Source: Dehalococcoidales bacterium (lineage in GTDB: Bacteria; Chloroflexota; Dehalococcoidia; Dehalococcoidales; RBG-16-60-22). From it: 64,000 bases of DNA. Below the pieces are notes generated by a model that was not told the DNA's origin, did no database searches, and worked only from the letters and a program-made list of their open reading frames with translations. The stretch spans positions 1,639-65,638 of the forward strand of contig DAOUDZ010000015.1 in the NCBI GenBank assembly GCA_034430575.1. Reading direction: 5' to 3'. The translations under genes were made by a program, and so were the position numbers. Positions 44,481 to 54,451 of the stretch are shown piece after piece (positions within the stretch are counted from its first letter, which is position 1; every line of letters starts with the position of its first letter).

Positions 44481-45827
44481 TCATTTTATCATCATACCCG
44501 GTAACCACAGACTTAATTCGGGGAATGCCACCATAAGCGCAAGAAATATTATAAGAACGGCGAGGAAGGGTAATATTCCTCTAAGTAGCTCACCGGTCTG
44601 AATATCAAAAGTATTTCTCACCAGGAACAAGTTGATTCCCATCGGCGGCGTAATTAGAGCTATTTCCATGTTGGTTACGTATAATATCCCGAACCATAGC
44701 GGGTCATAACCCAGCGCAAGAACCATAGGAACAAAGAGGGGTATCGTCAACATCATGATAGTAATTCCCTCGATAAAGCAACCGAGGATGAGAAGGGCAA
44801 CCATGATAGAAACGATTATCAGGGTTGGGGGTAAATTTAGCGATGTGACTAAACCGGCCAGATTTTCCGCCAGGGCGGAACTCCCCACCACGTAAGCAAA
44901 GAACTGGGTCCCGACCAGAATAATGAGAATCATGGCATTTATCAGCGCCGTCTCTATCATAGCCCGATACAGGCCTTTTATCCGGAGACCGTAAAACACA
45001 ACGGCGATGACCAGCACGACAAAAGCCCCGACGCCCCCCGCTTCTGTAGGCGTGGCTATTCCCATGTAAATCGAACCGAGAACACACACCATCACAAAGC
45101 CGACGGGCCAGACCCTTTTTAACGAGGAGAACCTTTCTCCCCAGCTAACGGAACCTAGGGTACCGCCGAGAGAAGGATTACGCGAGCATAATATTACAGG
45201 TACTATCGATAACATGCAGGCAAGTATAACACCCGGGACAACCCCCGCTATGAAAAGCCGTCCGAGAGGTACGTTCGATAAAATGGCGAAAATGATCATG
45301 GTAGCGCTGGGCGGAATCAATGGGCCAAGGACACCACCGCAGACCAGCGCACCCAGTCCGAGTGCCTTATTATAGTTATACCGCTCGAATTCAGGTACCG
45401 CGACTTTCCCCACCGCGACTATCGTGGGGGCGCTGGCGCCTAAAGCGGCGGCCATCCCGGCTTCGCCCCAGATACTGGCGGATATCAGCCCTCCGGGGAC
45501 GCGGGACAGCCAGTTCCTCGCGGCTCGGTAAAGGTCCTCACCTATCTTGGTTTCGGCGATGATACACGCCATCAGCGTAAAAAGCGGCAGCGGCGTCCAG
45601 CTTAAGTTGTACAACAGGTGGAATGTCATCCACCCGACTTTCTGGAGACAAAGACTTCCGAAGGTGATAAACCCGACGATTATCGACACGAATCCCAGCG
45701 AGTAGGCAATCGGCACCCCGAGCATCAGGAAGATAAGCATGACGACTACGCATATCACGGCTGCGACGGTATAATCCATGAAACCCCCAGTTTGCCAGGC
45801 GATGTAATTATCAACGCCAAAGAACAA
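44481..45827 (-). CDS. dctM: TRAP transporter large permease (DctM family)
   Basis: Polytopic protein of 448 aa. Follows a DctQ-like gene. Confidence 0.8.
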   Translation of the reverse strand: MFFGVDNYIAWQTGGFMDYTVAAVICVVVMLIFLMLGVPIAYSLGFVSIIVGFITFGSLCLQKVGWMTFHLLYNLSWTPLPLFTLMACIIAETKIGEDLYRAARNWLSRVPGGLISASIWGEAGMAAALGASAPTIVAVGKVAVPEFERYNYNKALGLGALVCGGVLGPLIPPSATMIIFAILSNVPLGRLFIAGVVPGVILACMLSIVPVILCSRNPSLGGTLGSVSWGERFSSLKRVWPVGFVMVCVLGSIYMGIATPTEAGGVGAFVVLVIAVVFYGLRIKGLYRAMIETALINAMILIILVGTQFFAYVVGSSALAENLAGLVTSLNLPPTLIIVSIMVALLILGCFIEGITIMMLTIPLFVPMVLALGYDPLWFGILYVTNMEIALITPPMGINLFLVRNTFDIQTGELLRGILPFLAVLIIFLALMVAFPELSLWLPGMMIK

Positions 45828-45833
45828 GTCGAG

Positions 45834-46361
45834 TTAGTCTGTTTTCTTATCCGCCCTGCTTCTCAAGTAGGCAAAACCATTGTAAACCCTGGCCAGAAGA
45901 ACGAGAAGAAGCAGGGCATAGCCTATGGGTACCATCAATTTTATCGGGAATATAGGCTCTCCCCAGGACGATGAACTCACTTCACCGATTTCCAAGGAGA
46001 ACAGCGCTACTTCTACTCCCTTCCAGGTGAGGAAGAAAGCGAAAAAAAGCCCCATAATAGGTGCGATAATATTAACGATAATATGTTGCGCATGTTGAGA
46101 TAGGTGACTGCTTACGAAGTCTACCCTGATATGACGCCCTAACCTCTCCACGGCCGATATAGCGAAGACGAAAGAGAATAACAGGAACATGATGCTGATT
46201 TCGTAAGAATACGGCTCCGGATTATTGAATGCGTACCGCCTTACAACACCATAAGTTGCGGTAAACATCATTATCACTATCAACATACCGCTTAGCACGA
46301 GAAAGATGTGGCTGGCTTTATCAATTACTTTCTCCGGTATGCTCTTGTCTTCACTGGCCAA
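45834..46361 (-). CDS. dctQ: TRAP transporter small permease (DctQ family)
   Basis: 175 aa with four TM helices. Sits between the dctP-like and dctM-like genes. Confidence 0.75.
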   Translation of the reverse strand: MASEDKSIPEKVIDKASHIFLVLSGMLIVIMMFTATYGVVRRYAFNNPEPYSYEISIMFLLFSFVFAISAVERLGRHIRVDFVSSHLSQHAQHIIVNIIAPIMGLFFAFFLTWKGVEVALFSLEIGEVSSSSWGEPIFPIKLMVPIGYALLLLVLLARVYNGFAYLRSRADKKTD

Positions 46362-46621
46362 TCTCGCAGCCTCCAGATAATAAGACGCTGGTCACAGGAT
46401 TATAGCCCTTTTGTGATAATCCACATTTATCCAGGCTATCACACTGTAAGACCTCCCCCTAAAACCGCTCTTACAGAAATCCGCAAGAGTCAATAACTGC
46501 CCCCGGGTTCGGCTCTATTAATTCCACACTTCCCCCGCTTCCAGCGGGGATGGCCACCAACCGGCATTGCGATTGGCGGCCAATCACACTATTACTTTAG
46601 GTTACAGTTATTCCTTAAGTC

Positions 46622-47644
46622 TTAGGGATTATCGGCATTCGCCTTTTCGGAGATTTCCCTTAACTTCTTACCGAAATCTCCCAGACTGGCTATTTTTTCA
46701 TCTACGTACGGTTTGACGGCTGCTTCCCACTTGGCACGTTCATCTTTGGGAAGGTCGTATACTTCCACCCCCAGCCCTTCAAGTATCTCTTTGTCCTCTT
46801 TGTCGGACTGTATATGAGCGGCGCTCATAACTTCTGAAGCTTTCCACGCCTCCTCAACCAGGGCATCCTGTACTTTTTTCGGCATGCCGTTGAAGACGTC
46901 CAGGTTGATTAGATACGTGTTAAAGGTCGGAGTGGAATAGAAGCGTATTACGTACGAAGCAACATCGCTCAACCCGGATACTAAAGTCCACTGGGTCGAT
47001 GTCAGTACGGCGTCAACAACGCCTTTCTCCAGGTTTGAATAACATTCGGTCCAGGGAATCGTTACCGGGGAAGCGCCGAGAGCTTTTGCCAGCGCCGCAG
47101 ACTCCGGATTGGTGGCACCTATCATCATGCCTTTCCAGTCCGCCAGCGTCTTTACAGGCTTGGTAGAAATCAGCTCCTGGGCTCCAGTGGTATATGAGGC
47201 AAGCGCCACCTGGTTGAGCTTTCCCTGAAGCCTCTCGTTGTAAAGCTCTGCCGAAGGTTTGCAGGCGGCCGCATTAGCCCGGACGTTGCTGTAAAAAAGA
47301 GGGATTTCCGCTAGACCCGGGTCTAGAAATGCGAAAATACCCAGGCCGATTGAGGCCATCTCGACGGTGCCGCTCCTCACCGCGTCCATAGTCTCCGGTA
47401 CTTTAACGAGTTGCTCGCCGGGATAAACTTTAATCTGGTAGGCGCCATCCGTACGGTCGCTAAACGCTTGGGCAAGCTCCTCGGCATTTACGGTGAGCTT
47501 GTCCCCCGCGGGCGTTGGTATTGTAAGCCTTAACATGAGCGGCTCTTCTGGAGTTGCGCCCTCTTCACCTCCACAGGAAATAGCCAGACTGGAAAGCAAC
47601 AGGACGGCAATTGTAATTGGTAGCAATAAAGATAATTTCTTCAT
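46622..47644 (-). CDS. dctP: TRAP transporter substrate-binding lipoprotein (DctP family)
   Basis: Lipobox LAISC. 340 aa. Gene context fits. Confidence 0.75.
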   Translation of the reverse strand: MKKLSLLLPITIAVLLLSSLAISCGGEEGATPEEPLMLRLTIPTPAGDKLTVNAEELAQAFSDRTDGAYQIKVYPGEQLVKVPETMDAVRSGTVEMASIGLGIFAFLDPGLAEIPLFYSNVRANAAACKPSAELYNERLQGKLNQVALASYTTGAQELISTKPVKTLADWKGMMIGATNPESAALAKALGASPVTIPWTECYSNLEKGVVDAVLTSTQWTLVSGLSDVASYVIRFYSTPTFNTYLINLDVFNGMPKKVQDALVEEAWKASEVMSAAHIQSDKEDKEILEGLGVEVYDLPKDERAKWEAAVKPYVDEKIASLGDFGKKLREISEKANADNP

Positions 47645-47657
47645 TATATCCTCCTCG

Positions 47658-47674
47658 TACGTTTAGTAAACGTA
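47658..47674. promoter_or_regulatory. 17-bp perfect palindrome TACGTTTA-G-TAAACGTA in the dctP 5' leader
   Basis: Read directly from the sequence. It lies 14-30 nt upstream of the dctP start, next to the RBS (AGGAGGA). Confidence 0.35.
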
Positions 47675-48014
47675 ACAACTGTCTGCGGCTAATAAATGAG
47701 CTACATTTTCCAGGGATAATATTCCATGTACTTTCATTTATGTGGAATTATGATATGCCGTATGTTTAACTGTCTTAATTGAATCTATTCACCTCCCTCC
47801 AATATATAATACTAAAATACACCGTTTTCATCTACCAAAGCAAGCACGCCGCTCGACCGGCGTTTTCACCTGGAAGAAACATGGCGCGGATTCGTCAGGT
47901 CTAATTACCCATATACGATATCATAACTAATAATATTCCAACTGAACACCGGTTTACAACTCCCTGAATAACTATTTTTACGCCGCCAACCAGGCAATTT
48001 CCCATGTCCGTTAT

Positions 48015-48044
48015 TTCAACTATCCCCGCCGTCAATGGTATAAT
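48015..48044 (+). promoter_or_regulatory. Candidate promoter for menA-ubiE
   Basis: TTCAAC (48015-48020), 18-nt spacer, TATAAT (48039-48044) preceded by TGG. Confidence 0.35.
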
Positions 48045-48086
48045 ACTCCGAGAGTTTAAAAGTATCAAGCTAGAAAGAGGGATAAC

Positions 48087-48980
48087 TTGACAGGACTGAA
48101 AACCTGGTTTTTAGAGACACGCCCTCAATTCCTGACGTTATCCATCGTGCTGGCTTTCCTGGGGACAAGCGTCGCCTGGTATGACCACTATTTCAGCCTG
48201 TGGCATGCTCTACTCGCCGGAATCGGACTGGTGTTTGCACATGCCAGCGTGAATATACTCAACGATTATTTCGATTTCCGGAGCGGCATTGACCTTGCCA
48301 CAAAACGAACCCCCTTCAGCGGAGGTAGCGGTATCCTTCCCGCAAGTTTGCTTACCCCCCGGCAGGTTTTTTGGCTGGGGCTTGCCGCATTAATACTTGC
48401 GATACCCATCGGTATATATTTCATCGTAGTAAGCGGCTGGCTGCTCCTGCCGCTACTTTTGGTGGCGGCCTTCTTCATTCTGCTTTACAGTCCTTTTATC
48501 CTCAAGCACCCCTGGCCGGAGTGGGTAGCCGGGGCCGGCCTCGGCGCCCTGCCCATCTTGGGAATGTACTTTACGCAGACGGGCGTTTATACTTTTACGG
48601 CGGTTATCGCCTCCGTTCCATCCGGTTTACTGGTGCATAACCTGCTGTTGCTCAATGAATTCCCCGACGTCGAAGCCGACCAGCTGGCCAATCGCAAGAC
48701 CGTGCCCATTACCATCGGCAAGAAAAAATCCGCCATCTTCTACTCGGTAGTAGCCATCGCCGTTTACGCCTGGGTAATAGCCTGGGTGGCGGCGCAGGTG
48801 ATACCCGTCTGGACACTGCTGGCGCTCCTGACATTGCCGCTTACCATCAGAGCTATCAGGGGCGCCATCCATTATGACAACCCTGCCAGACTCATGCCGG
48901 GCATGGCCGCCAACATCATGGTGGTGCTGGCGACGCAACTGCTGATAGGCATCGGCTTTATATTGGGTCGCATCTTTTAA
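48087..48980 (+). CDS. menA: UbiA-family prenyltransferase, MenA-like (1,4-dihydroxy-2-naphthoate polyprenyltransferase)
   Basis: NILNDYFDFRSGID motif and a second Asp-rich motif NEFPDVEADQ. Polytopic. TTG start. Confidence 0.7.
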   Translation: MTGLKTWFLETRPQFLTLSIVLAFLGTSVAWYDHYFSLWHALLAGIGLVFAHASVNILNDYFDFRSGIDLATKRTPFSGGSGILPASLLTPRQVFWLGLAALILAIPIGIYFIVVSGWLLLPLLLVAAFFILLYSPFILKHPWPEWVAGAGLGALPILGMYFTQTGVYTFTAVIASVPSGLLVHNLLLLNEFPDVEADQLANRKTVPITIGKKKSAIFYSVVAIAVYAWVIAWVAAQVIPVWTLLALLTLPLTIRAIRGAIHYDNPARLMPGMAANIMVVLATQLLIGIGFILGRIF

Positions 48981-48986
48981 ATAGAT

Positions 48987-49715
48987 ATGGAGAGTTCCAA
49001 TCCCACGCGGCAATCCGAACCACTGCACGGCATCTTCACGGCGGTCCCGCCGCGCTACGACCTGGTTAACCGCATCATCAGCCTTGGCATGGATAAGCGA
49101 TGGCGGCGACTGGCGGCCGCGGCCTGTCTGGAAGGGAAACCGCGGCGAATCCTCGACCTGGGCTGCGGCACCGGCGACCTGACCATAAATCTAGCCCGGA
49201 TGGCCATAGAAAGCGTTGAAATTACCGGCCTGGACTACAGCCTGCCGATGCTTGAGCGAGCGCGTCAAAAGACCGCCGGAGCCGGGGTGGAGAAGAAGGC
49301 CGATTTTGTTCATGGACAGGCCACGCAAATCCCCTTCCCGGACGGCTATTTCGACTGCGTTGGTATATCCTTTGCCTTCCGCAACCTTACCTATAAAAAC
49401 CCTCTTTGCCAACCCCACCTTGCCGAGGTAAAGAGAGTCCTCAAACGGGGCGGCAGGTATGTTATTGTAGAGTCGAGCCAGCCGGATAACCCGCTAATCA
49501 GGACTCTTTTCCACTTCTACGTCCGAGCCGTCGTGGGGCCGGCTGGCACGCTGGTCTCCGGCCATAAAGGCGCCTACCGATACTTGACAGAATCAATGAC
49601 GAGGTTCTATCCCCCGCGGGATATCAGGGATATACTACTGGCGGCGGGATTCAAGACTGTCAGCTACCGTCTGCTCTTCTTCGGGGCCGCCGGAATACAC
49701 GTGGCTACCGCGTAA
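48987..49715 (+). CDS. ubiE: Demethylmenaquinone/ubiquinone methyltransferase (UbiE/MenG family)
   Basis: FTAVPPRYDLVNRIISLGMDKRWR and LDLGCGTGD. Confidence 0.8.
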   Translation: MESSNPTRQSEPLHGIFTAVPPRYDLVNRIISLGMDKRWRRLAAAACLEGKPRRILDLGCGTGDLTINLARMAIESVEITGLDYSLPMLERARQKTAGAGVEKKADFVHGQATQIPFPDGYFDCVGISFAFRNLTYKNPLCQPHLAEVKRVLKRGGRYVIVESSQPDNPLIRTLFHFYVRAVVGPAGTLVSGHKGAYRYLTESMTRFYPPRDIRDILLAAGFKTVSYRLLFFGAAGIHVATA

Positions 49716-49717
49716 TT

Positions 49718-50965
49718 CTAAATCTGGTTTTCAATACAATATTCCCGCAACGTGTTAAGAGCAGCAAAGAAGTCCCGCATCATGACGCTTACCGGGTACA
49801 TCCCCTTCTCGGTAACGTTCAGCATTCCGTTCCCGGAAACAAGCCCGAAGGTCTTGAAAAAAGCCAGCTCTGTCCGGAGTTTCTTCTGCGCGTCCTTGCC
49901 GAAGCGATGGCGAAGGGATTGCATATCCAGCTTCATGCCGAAAAGCTTGGTTAAAAGGTAGTAACGCAGATTTTCCTTCTCGGACAGCTTACGCCAGCCA
50001 ATTATCGGCAGAATCCCGGCCCCGGTCATATCGTGATAACGGTCGAGTGAAAATGAATTCACGAAGAAATTGCCCTTGACGATGCTCACGGAACCGGAGC
50101 CGATGCCGATATAGTCATCTGACTCGATGATATATTCGTCAATCATCCGCTTGCCCCGTGAAAAGCACCAGGCCGTCGATGCATTATAGCCGCCGTGGAA
50201 GAGCTCCTTCAGAACAATTTCGTAAAACCGTTTCTCGCGGGAATTGTCCACCCTGTTGAATTTCCTCTCCATCGCGTCTTTCTTGTGCGGCGAGGCCATC
50301 AGAGGATAAAATGTTGCCTGGTCGATGCCCATCTCCTTGAAGGCGGTCACGTCGGCGGAGAACTGCTCAATCGTCTGTCCGGGAAAATTACAGACGAAGT
50401 CCACGTTCAGCGTATCGAACTGCCCCTCGGCTGTGAGCAGGCGCTTCTTGACATCCTCGGCGGGGCCGTTAACCCGTCCCATCGTTTTCAGCACCGGTTC
50501 CTCGAAGCTCTGCACCCCGATGGAGAGTCGATTAATGCCCATCTCCCTTAAAAGGCCGATATTCCGCCCGGTTAGCTCCCGGGGTGTAGTCTCCAGAGAA
50601 ATTTCGCTAACATTGAATTGCGCCCGCAGGTAGCCGATAAACGAAGCAAGTTCATCCATGAGCACTGTAGGCGTTCCCCCGCCGAAGTAAATGCCGGAGA
50701 AATCAAAGCCGCGCCGCACGTATAATTCAATCTCCTTTTTCAGGTCGATAAAATAGCGGCGCGCCAGGTCTTCGTCAAAGAGATAACGATTGAAACAACA
50801 GAAAGGGCATAACGAACGGCAGAACGGTATGTGCACGTAGAGCGATATGCCGGCTTTGCCACCCAGTTTCTCTCCGTACACAATCGATTCGTCAATGGTG
50901 GGACTCAAACGGCGGAACTTACGCCCCTCGCGCCTGGTAACAAAGCTAACGAGCTCGGGTATCAT
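49718..50965 (-). CDS. HemN-like (class C) radical SAM protein
   Basis: YVHIPFCRSLCPFCCF (CxxxCxxC), GGGTP, and a HemN_C-like tail. Confidence 0.8.
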   Translation of the reverse strand: MIPELVSFVTRREGRKFRRLSPTIDESIVYGEKLGGKAGISLYVHIPFCRSLCPFCCFNRYLFDEDLARRYFIDLKKEIELYVRRGFDFSGIYFGGGTPTVLMDELASFIGYLRAQFNVSEISLETTPRELTGRNIGLLREMGINRLSIGVQSFEEPVLKTMGRVNGPAEDVKKRLLTAEGQFDTLNVDFVCNFPGQTIEQFSADVTAFKEMGIDQATFYPLMASPHKKDAMERKFNRVDNSREKRFYEIVLKELFHGGYNASTAWCFSRGKRMIDEYIIESDDYIGIGSGSVSIVKGNFFVNSFSLDRYHDMTGAGILPIIGWRKLSEKENLRYYLLTKLFGMKLDMQSLRHRFGKDAQKKLRTELAFFKTFGLVSGNGMLNVTEKGMYPVSVMMRDFFAALNTLREYCIENQI

Positions 50966-51086
50966 GTCTTATTTACTAACGTCTCCCCTGAAAAATAATA
51001 CCACATGGGAGTGACTTTAGCTAACGCGGAACGTGAGAAATTACCGGCGGGGGTCTTTAGAAGATAAGGTAACAAGCCATTGAGAC

Positions 51087-52199
51087 TTATTTCCTGGACA
51101 AACGGGACCTGACGAATCCGGAATTGAAGGCCCTTACGGCAACCGGACAAAATTGACTGCGAGCGTATTGATGCAACTCGGCAAAGGCCTGCTGCCGACT
51201 TAGCGCTTTACGATAGACGTGGTTGGTGGTCATATTGTCGAAAGCATCGGCCACGGCTATCAACCTGGCTCCCAGAGGTATAGCTTCGGCTTCGAGCCCC
51301 TGCGGATATCCTTTGCCGTCATACCTTTCATGGTGACAGAGAATCAGCCGGCTGGCTTCCTTGAGAAAAGGGATATCTTTCAGCAGGTTGTAACCGGTTG
51401 TCGAGTGCTTTCGTATTATTTCCCATTCACTATCCGTAAGTTTACCGGACTTGTTCAGTATGTTATCGGGTATGCTAAGCTTACCTATGTCATGAAGAAT
51501 AGCGGCATATTCGATATCTTGCTTCTCTTCCTTCGAAATTGATAACTCTCTCGCACCGGTAAGCGCGTACTCCGATACCCTTCGCGAGTGCCCGCCGCCG
51601 CTGGTCTCCTTACAATCGGCCAGGGATACCAGTGCTGTGACGGTACCCCTGTAGGATTTAAGCAAACTTACATTCATCCTGGCGTTTTCAATCGTCATGG
51701 CGGTGTTCGTCGCCACGCCCATCATCGTTTTCAAGTCCTGTCTGTTAAAACCAGTCCCGTCCGCTTTATTGAGTACTTCGATAACTCCGATAACCTTATC
51801 CCCGATGATAATCGGCACAGCGATGATAGACCTCGTTTTAAAACCGGTAGCATTATCTATCAGCTTGTAAAATTTCGCATTCTTTTCGGCGTTATTTACA
51901 ATCAGGGGTTTACCATTCCGCGCTATCCATCCGGCGATACCTGATTGACGGCTGACGTGCAGTCGTTTAAGCTGCTGCCCCACCGGGCCATCGGCAAACT
52001 TAAAATACAGTTCCTGGGTCTTTACGTCGAGCAGGAGCAATGACGACGCCGAAGCGCCGAGGGCATTATGCGTCATCCGCATGATGCACGTAATCAGCTC
52101 ATCTTGTTTATCTTCCGGCCTGGCCCTGGCCCAGAGCTTTTCCAGAAGGTCAATTCTAGATATGCCAACAGGTATAACTTTTCCAGGAGGATCTTTCAT
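51087..52199 (-). CDS. GAF domain + HD-GYP phosphodiesterase domain protein
   Basis: GAF domain in the N-terminal half. HD (AAILHDIGK) and HHERYDGKGYP. Confidence 0.85.
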   Translation of the reverse strand: MKDPPGKVIPVGISRIDLLEKLWARARPEDKQDELITCIMRMTHNALGASASSLLLLDVKTQELYFKFADGPVGQQLKRLHVSRQSGIAGWIARNGKPLIVNNAEKNAKFYKLIDNATGFKTRSIIAVPIIIGDKVIGVIEVLNKADGTGFNRQDLKTMMGVATNTAMTIENARMNVSLLKSYRGTVTALVSLADCKETSGGGHSRRVSEYALTGARELSISKEEKQDIEYAAILHDIGKLSIPDNILNKSGKLTDSEWEIIRKHSTTGYNLLKDIPFLKEASRLILCHHERYDGKGYPQGLEAEAIPLGARLIAVADAFDNMTTNHVYRKALSRQQAFAELHQYARSQFCPVAVRAFNSGFVRSRLSRK

Positions 52200-52357
52200 T
52201 TCCCACCACTCTTTATAAAATAGGCGTATTCACCTTTTTTATCATTCTGTCAATAAGCCTGTTAATTAAATATAAAATTTATCTGCCAAAAACTAAATAT
52301 TATGTAAATATTTACCCTGCTTATGGGAAGGAACACCATAACAAAGGGGTAAGGTTA

Positions 52358-53611
52358 TTACCGGATACTTTCGGCCAAGTCCTGCCGGCCGGTCATGCCG
52401 GCAACAGTATTCAGAAATTCTTTAAGGGAATCGCTGCGGTCTCTTAGTTCCTCAAGTTCGGCGCCGATGGGGCTGATAGAGGCAGGACTATCGGCATAAG
52501 CCCCGTGGAAGGCAAAATAGGCCTGGTTCAGTTTCCTGATATTATAGCCGTTTTCGGCCAGATACCGCCGCTTCTGCTCCATGAATTCCTCTGCCTGCTC
52601 GATTTCACCACGGGCGAGGTAGCCATCCACGGCTTTCCTGATTTCTCTCATCTCTTTATTAAAGTCAAAGCCCGCGCCTTCCTTTTGCTCCGTGTCGCCC
52701 GTTTCGTTTTCAGCGTAGTACTGACTGTAGATAATCCCGCCGATTTCCTTGCTGACCATACCGGCCACAGTCTCGTTCATGGTAGCAATATCATAGTCAC
52801 GGCGTATTCCGGCCAGGTCCAGCACGTAGAGAAACCCCAGCGGCGTAAACGCCAGGTACTGGTGCAGCGATTCCTCTCCGACGGTATCTAGCATGAACCT
52901 GATATCGGCCTCATTCATAACGTAGCTCGGGTAGGTAGCCATGCCGCCCAGGTTGACCACCAGCGAGGAGACTTTGAGGTTGTCTATTTCAGCTTCGATA
53001 CTCGACATATCTTCCACACTCATGTCCGGCAGGAGAGTAACCTCCCTGATACTATCTATCCTGTCCCTGGGGGATACCACCAGCAGATGAGGCGGCCTGT
53101 CTATATGAATATTAACCGGAGGAAAACCAAGTTTGATATTTACGTATCTATCCAGGGGATTGAAGATGCCCTGCCGGGAAAAGGCATCTCTTACCTGCGT
53201 TTCTAACAGTCTTTCAAGAGGGTCAGCCAGTTCCGAATTCTGCCGCTGAAGTCGGTCAAGCTCATCTTCAAGCGATGTCAGGTCTCCCTCCCGATTCCCC
53301 TCCCCGACGGCGCTTATTTTCGATTCCAGCCGTTTAATCCGCTTTACATTGGTAAAATACACGGCGGTGGTATTATCCGCAATTTCAGGCCCGGGGCCGA
53401 ATAATTTCCCCACCTCCCGGATTAAAGCATTGAATTCCCAACTGACGAGGTTAAAGCGGTAGGGTCCGGTGATTTCACGCAGCTGCGTATCGAAGTCATG
53501 GTCCGGAGAACACCCGGCCACAAGCGAAAAAAGCGTTAATACGATAGCAGCCAGGAGCGACATGAATATACATCGGGATTTAATCAATTTAATTCCCTGA
53601 AACACCCTCAA
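52358..53611 (-). CDS. Putative lipoprotein of unknown function
   Basis: Signal peptide with lipobox LVAGC. The start is ambiguous: TTG at 53611 or ATG at 53563. Confidence 0.5.
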   Translation of the reverse strand: MRVFQGIKLIKSRCIFMSLLAAIVLTLFSLVAGCSPDHDFDTQLREITGPYRFNLVSWEFNALIREVGKLFGPGPEIADNTTAVYFTNVKRIKRLESKISAVGEGNREGDLTSLEDELDRLQRQNSELADPLERLLETQVRDAFSRQGIFNPLDRYVNIKLGFPPVNIHIDRPPHLLVVSPRDRIDSIREVTLLPDMSVEDMSSIEAEIDNLKVSSLVVNLGGMATYPSYVMNEADIRFMLDTVGEESLHQYLAFTPLGFLYVLDLAGIRRDYDIATMNETVAGMVSKEIGGIIYSQYYAENETGDTEQKEGAGFDFNKEMREIRKAVDGYLARGEIEQAEEFMEQKRRYLAENGYNIRKLNQAYFAFHGAYADSPASISPIGAELEELRDRSDSLKEFLNTVAGMTGRQDLAESIR

Positions 53612-53632
53612 GAGATACGTGGAGTTAACGAG

Positions 53633-54409
53633 TTAAGACGAGAGTTTTTCCCTGGTCCGGGAGACTATTTGAGAAAGGGTCTTGCCCGTCTTTTCGCCGA
53701 TGACGATATCGGCGTAGTGGTCATGGGGAGTTTCTCCGATGTTAAGAATAACAAGTCTGGCGCCTCCGCGCTTGGCGATGAGCGGCATTTGCGCCGCGGG
53801 ATAGACCACCAGCGACGAACCGGCGGCCAGGAACAGGTCGCACGCGGCGGACCTCGTTTCAGATTCGCGAGTCTCTCTCTCCGGCATCGACTGACCGTAA
53901 GCGACCGTCGCCGGCTTGAGAATACCTTTACAGGTATCGCAGCGGGGGACGGCCTCACCGTCAAGCATCTTTTGATGAACTTCTTCTCTGGGATACCTTC
54001 GCTGGCAGTCGAGACAATCGACCCAGTGCATCGTACCGTGCAGCTCCAGCACCTTTTCGTCCGGCACGCCGGCTTTCTGGTGAAGGCCATCGGTATTCTG
54101 CGTGATAACGCAGTCCAGCTTGCCCATATTATGAAGCTCGGCAACGGCGTAATGACCGCTGTTCGGCTGGGCTTCTCTTACCGTCTCCCAGAACATCTTA
54201 TGCACCTGCCAGTATTTCTCCCTGATTTCCTCACTACGCAAAAAATTAGGCAGATTCAGCTCGCTGGGGTCGAACTGGCTCCAGACCCCCTGCGGCCCCC
54301 GGAAGTCCGGAATATCCGATTCGGTGCTGAATCCGGCGCCGGTAAAGACCACGACTTTCTTCGAATCCACAATCATATCCGCTACAGCTTCAATATGCTC
54401 CATTATCAA
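53633..54409 (-). CDS. cobB: NAD-dependent protein deacylase (Sir2/CobB family)
   Basis: GAGFSTESDIPDFRG, QNTDGLH, catalytic His (ELHGT), and Zn ribbon CLDC...CDTC. Confidence 0.9.
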   Translation of the reverse strand: MIMEHIEAVADMIVDSKKVVVFTGAGFSTESDIPDFRGPQGVWSQFDPSELNLPNFLRSEEIREKYWQVHKMFWETVREAQPNSGHYAVAELHNMGKLDCVITQNTDGLHQKAGVPDEKVLELHGTMHWVDCLDCQRRYPREEVHQKMLDGEAVPRCDTCKGILKPATVAYGQSMPERETRESETRSAACDLFLAAGSSLVVYPAAQMPLIAKRGGARLVILNIGETPHDHYADIVIGEKTGKTLSQIVSRTREKLSS

Positions 54410-54451
54410 CCTCCAAAAAACTTGCGGGTTAAGCCCATACTTTAGGTACAG

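Noticed and set aside
53633-54409. The Sir2-domain protein as a possible anti-phage defence component (Thoeris or DSR-like).
   Set aside because: It is a compact 258-aa CobB-type sirtuin with a complete Zn ribbon and catalytic His. It has no fused effector or sensor domain, and its neighbours are not defence-like.
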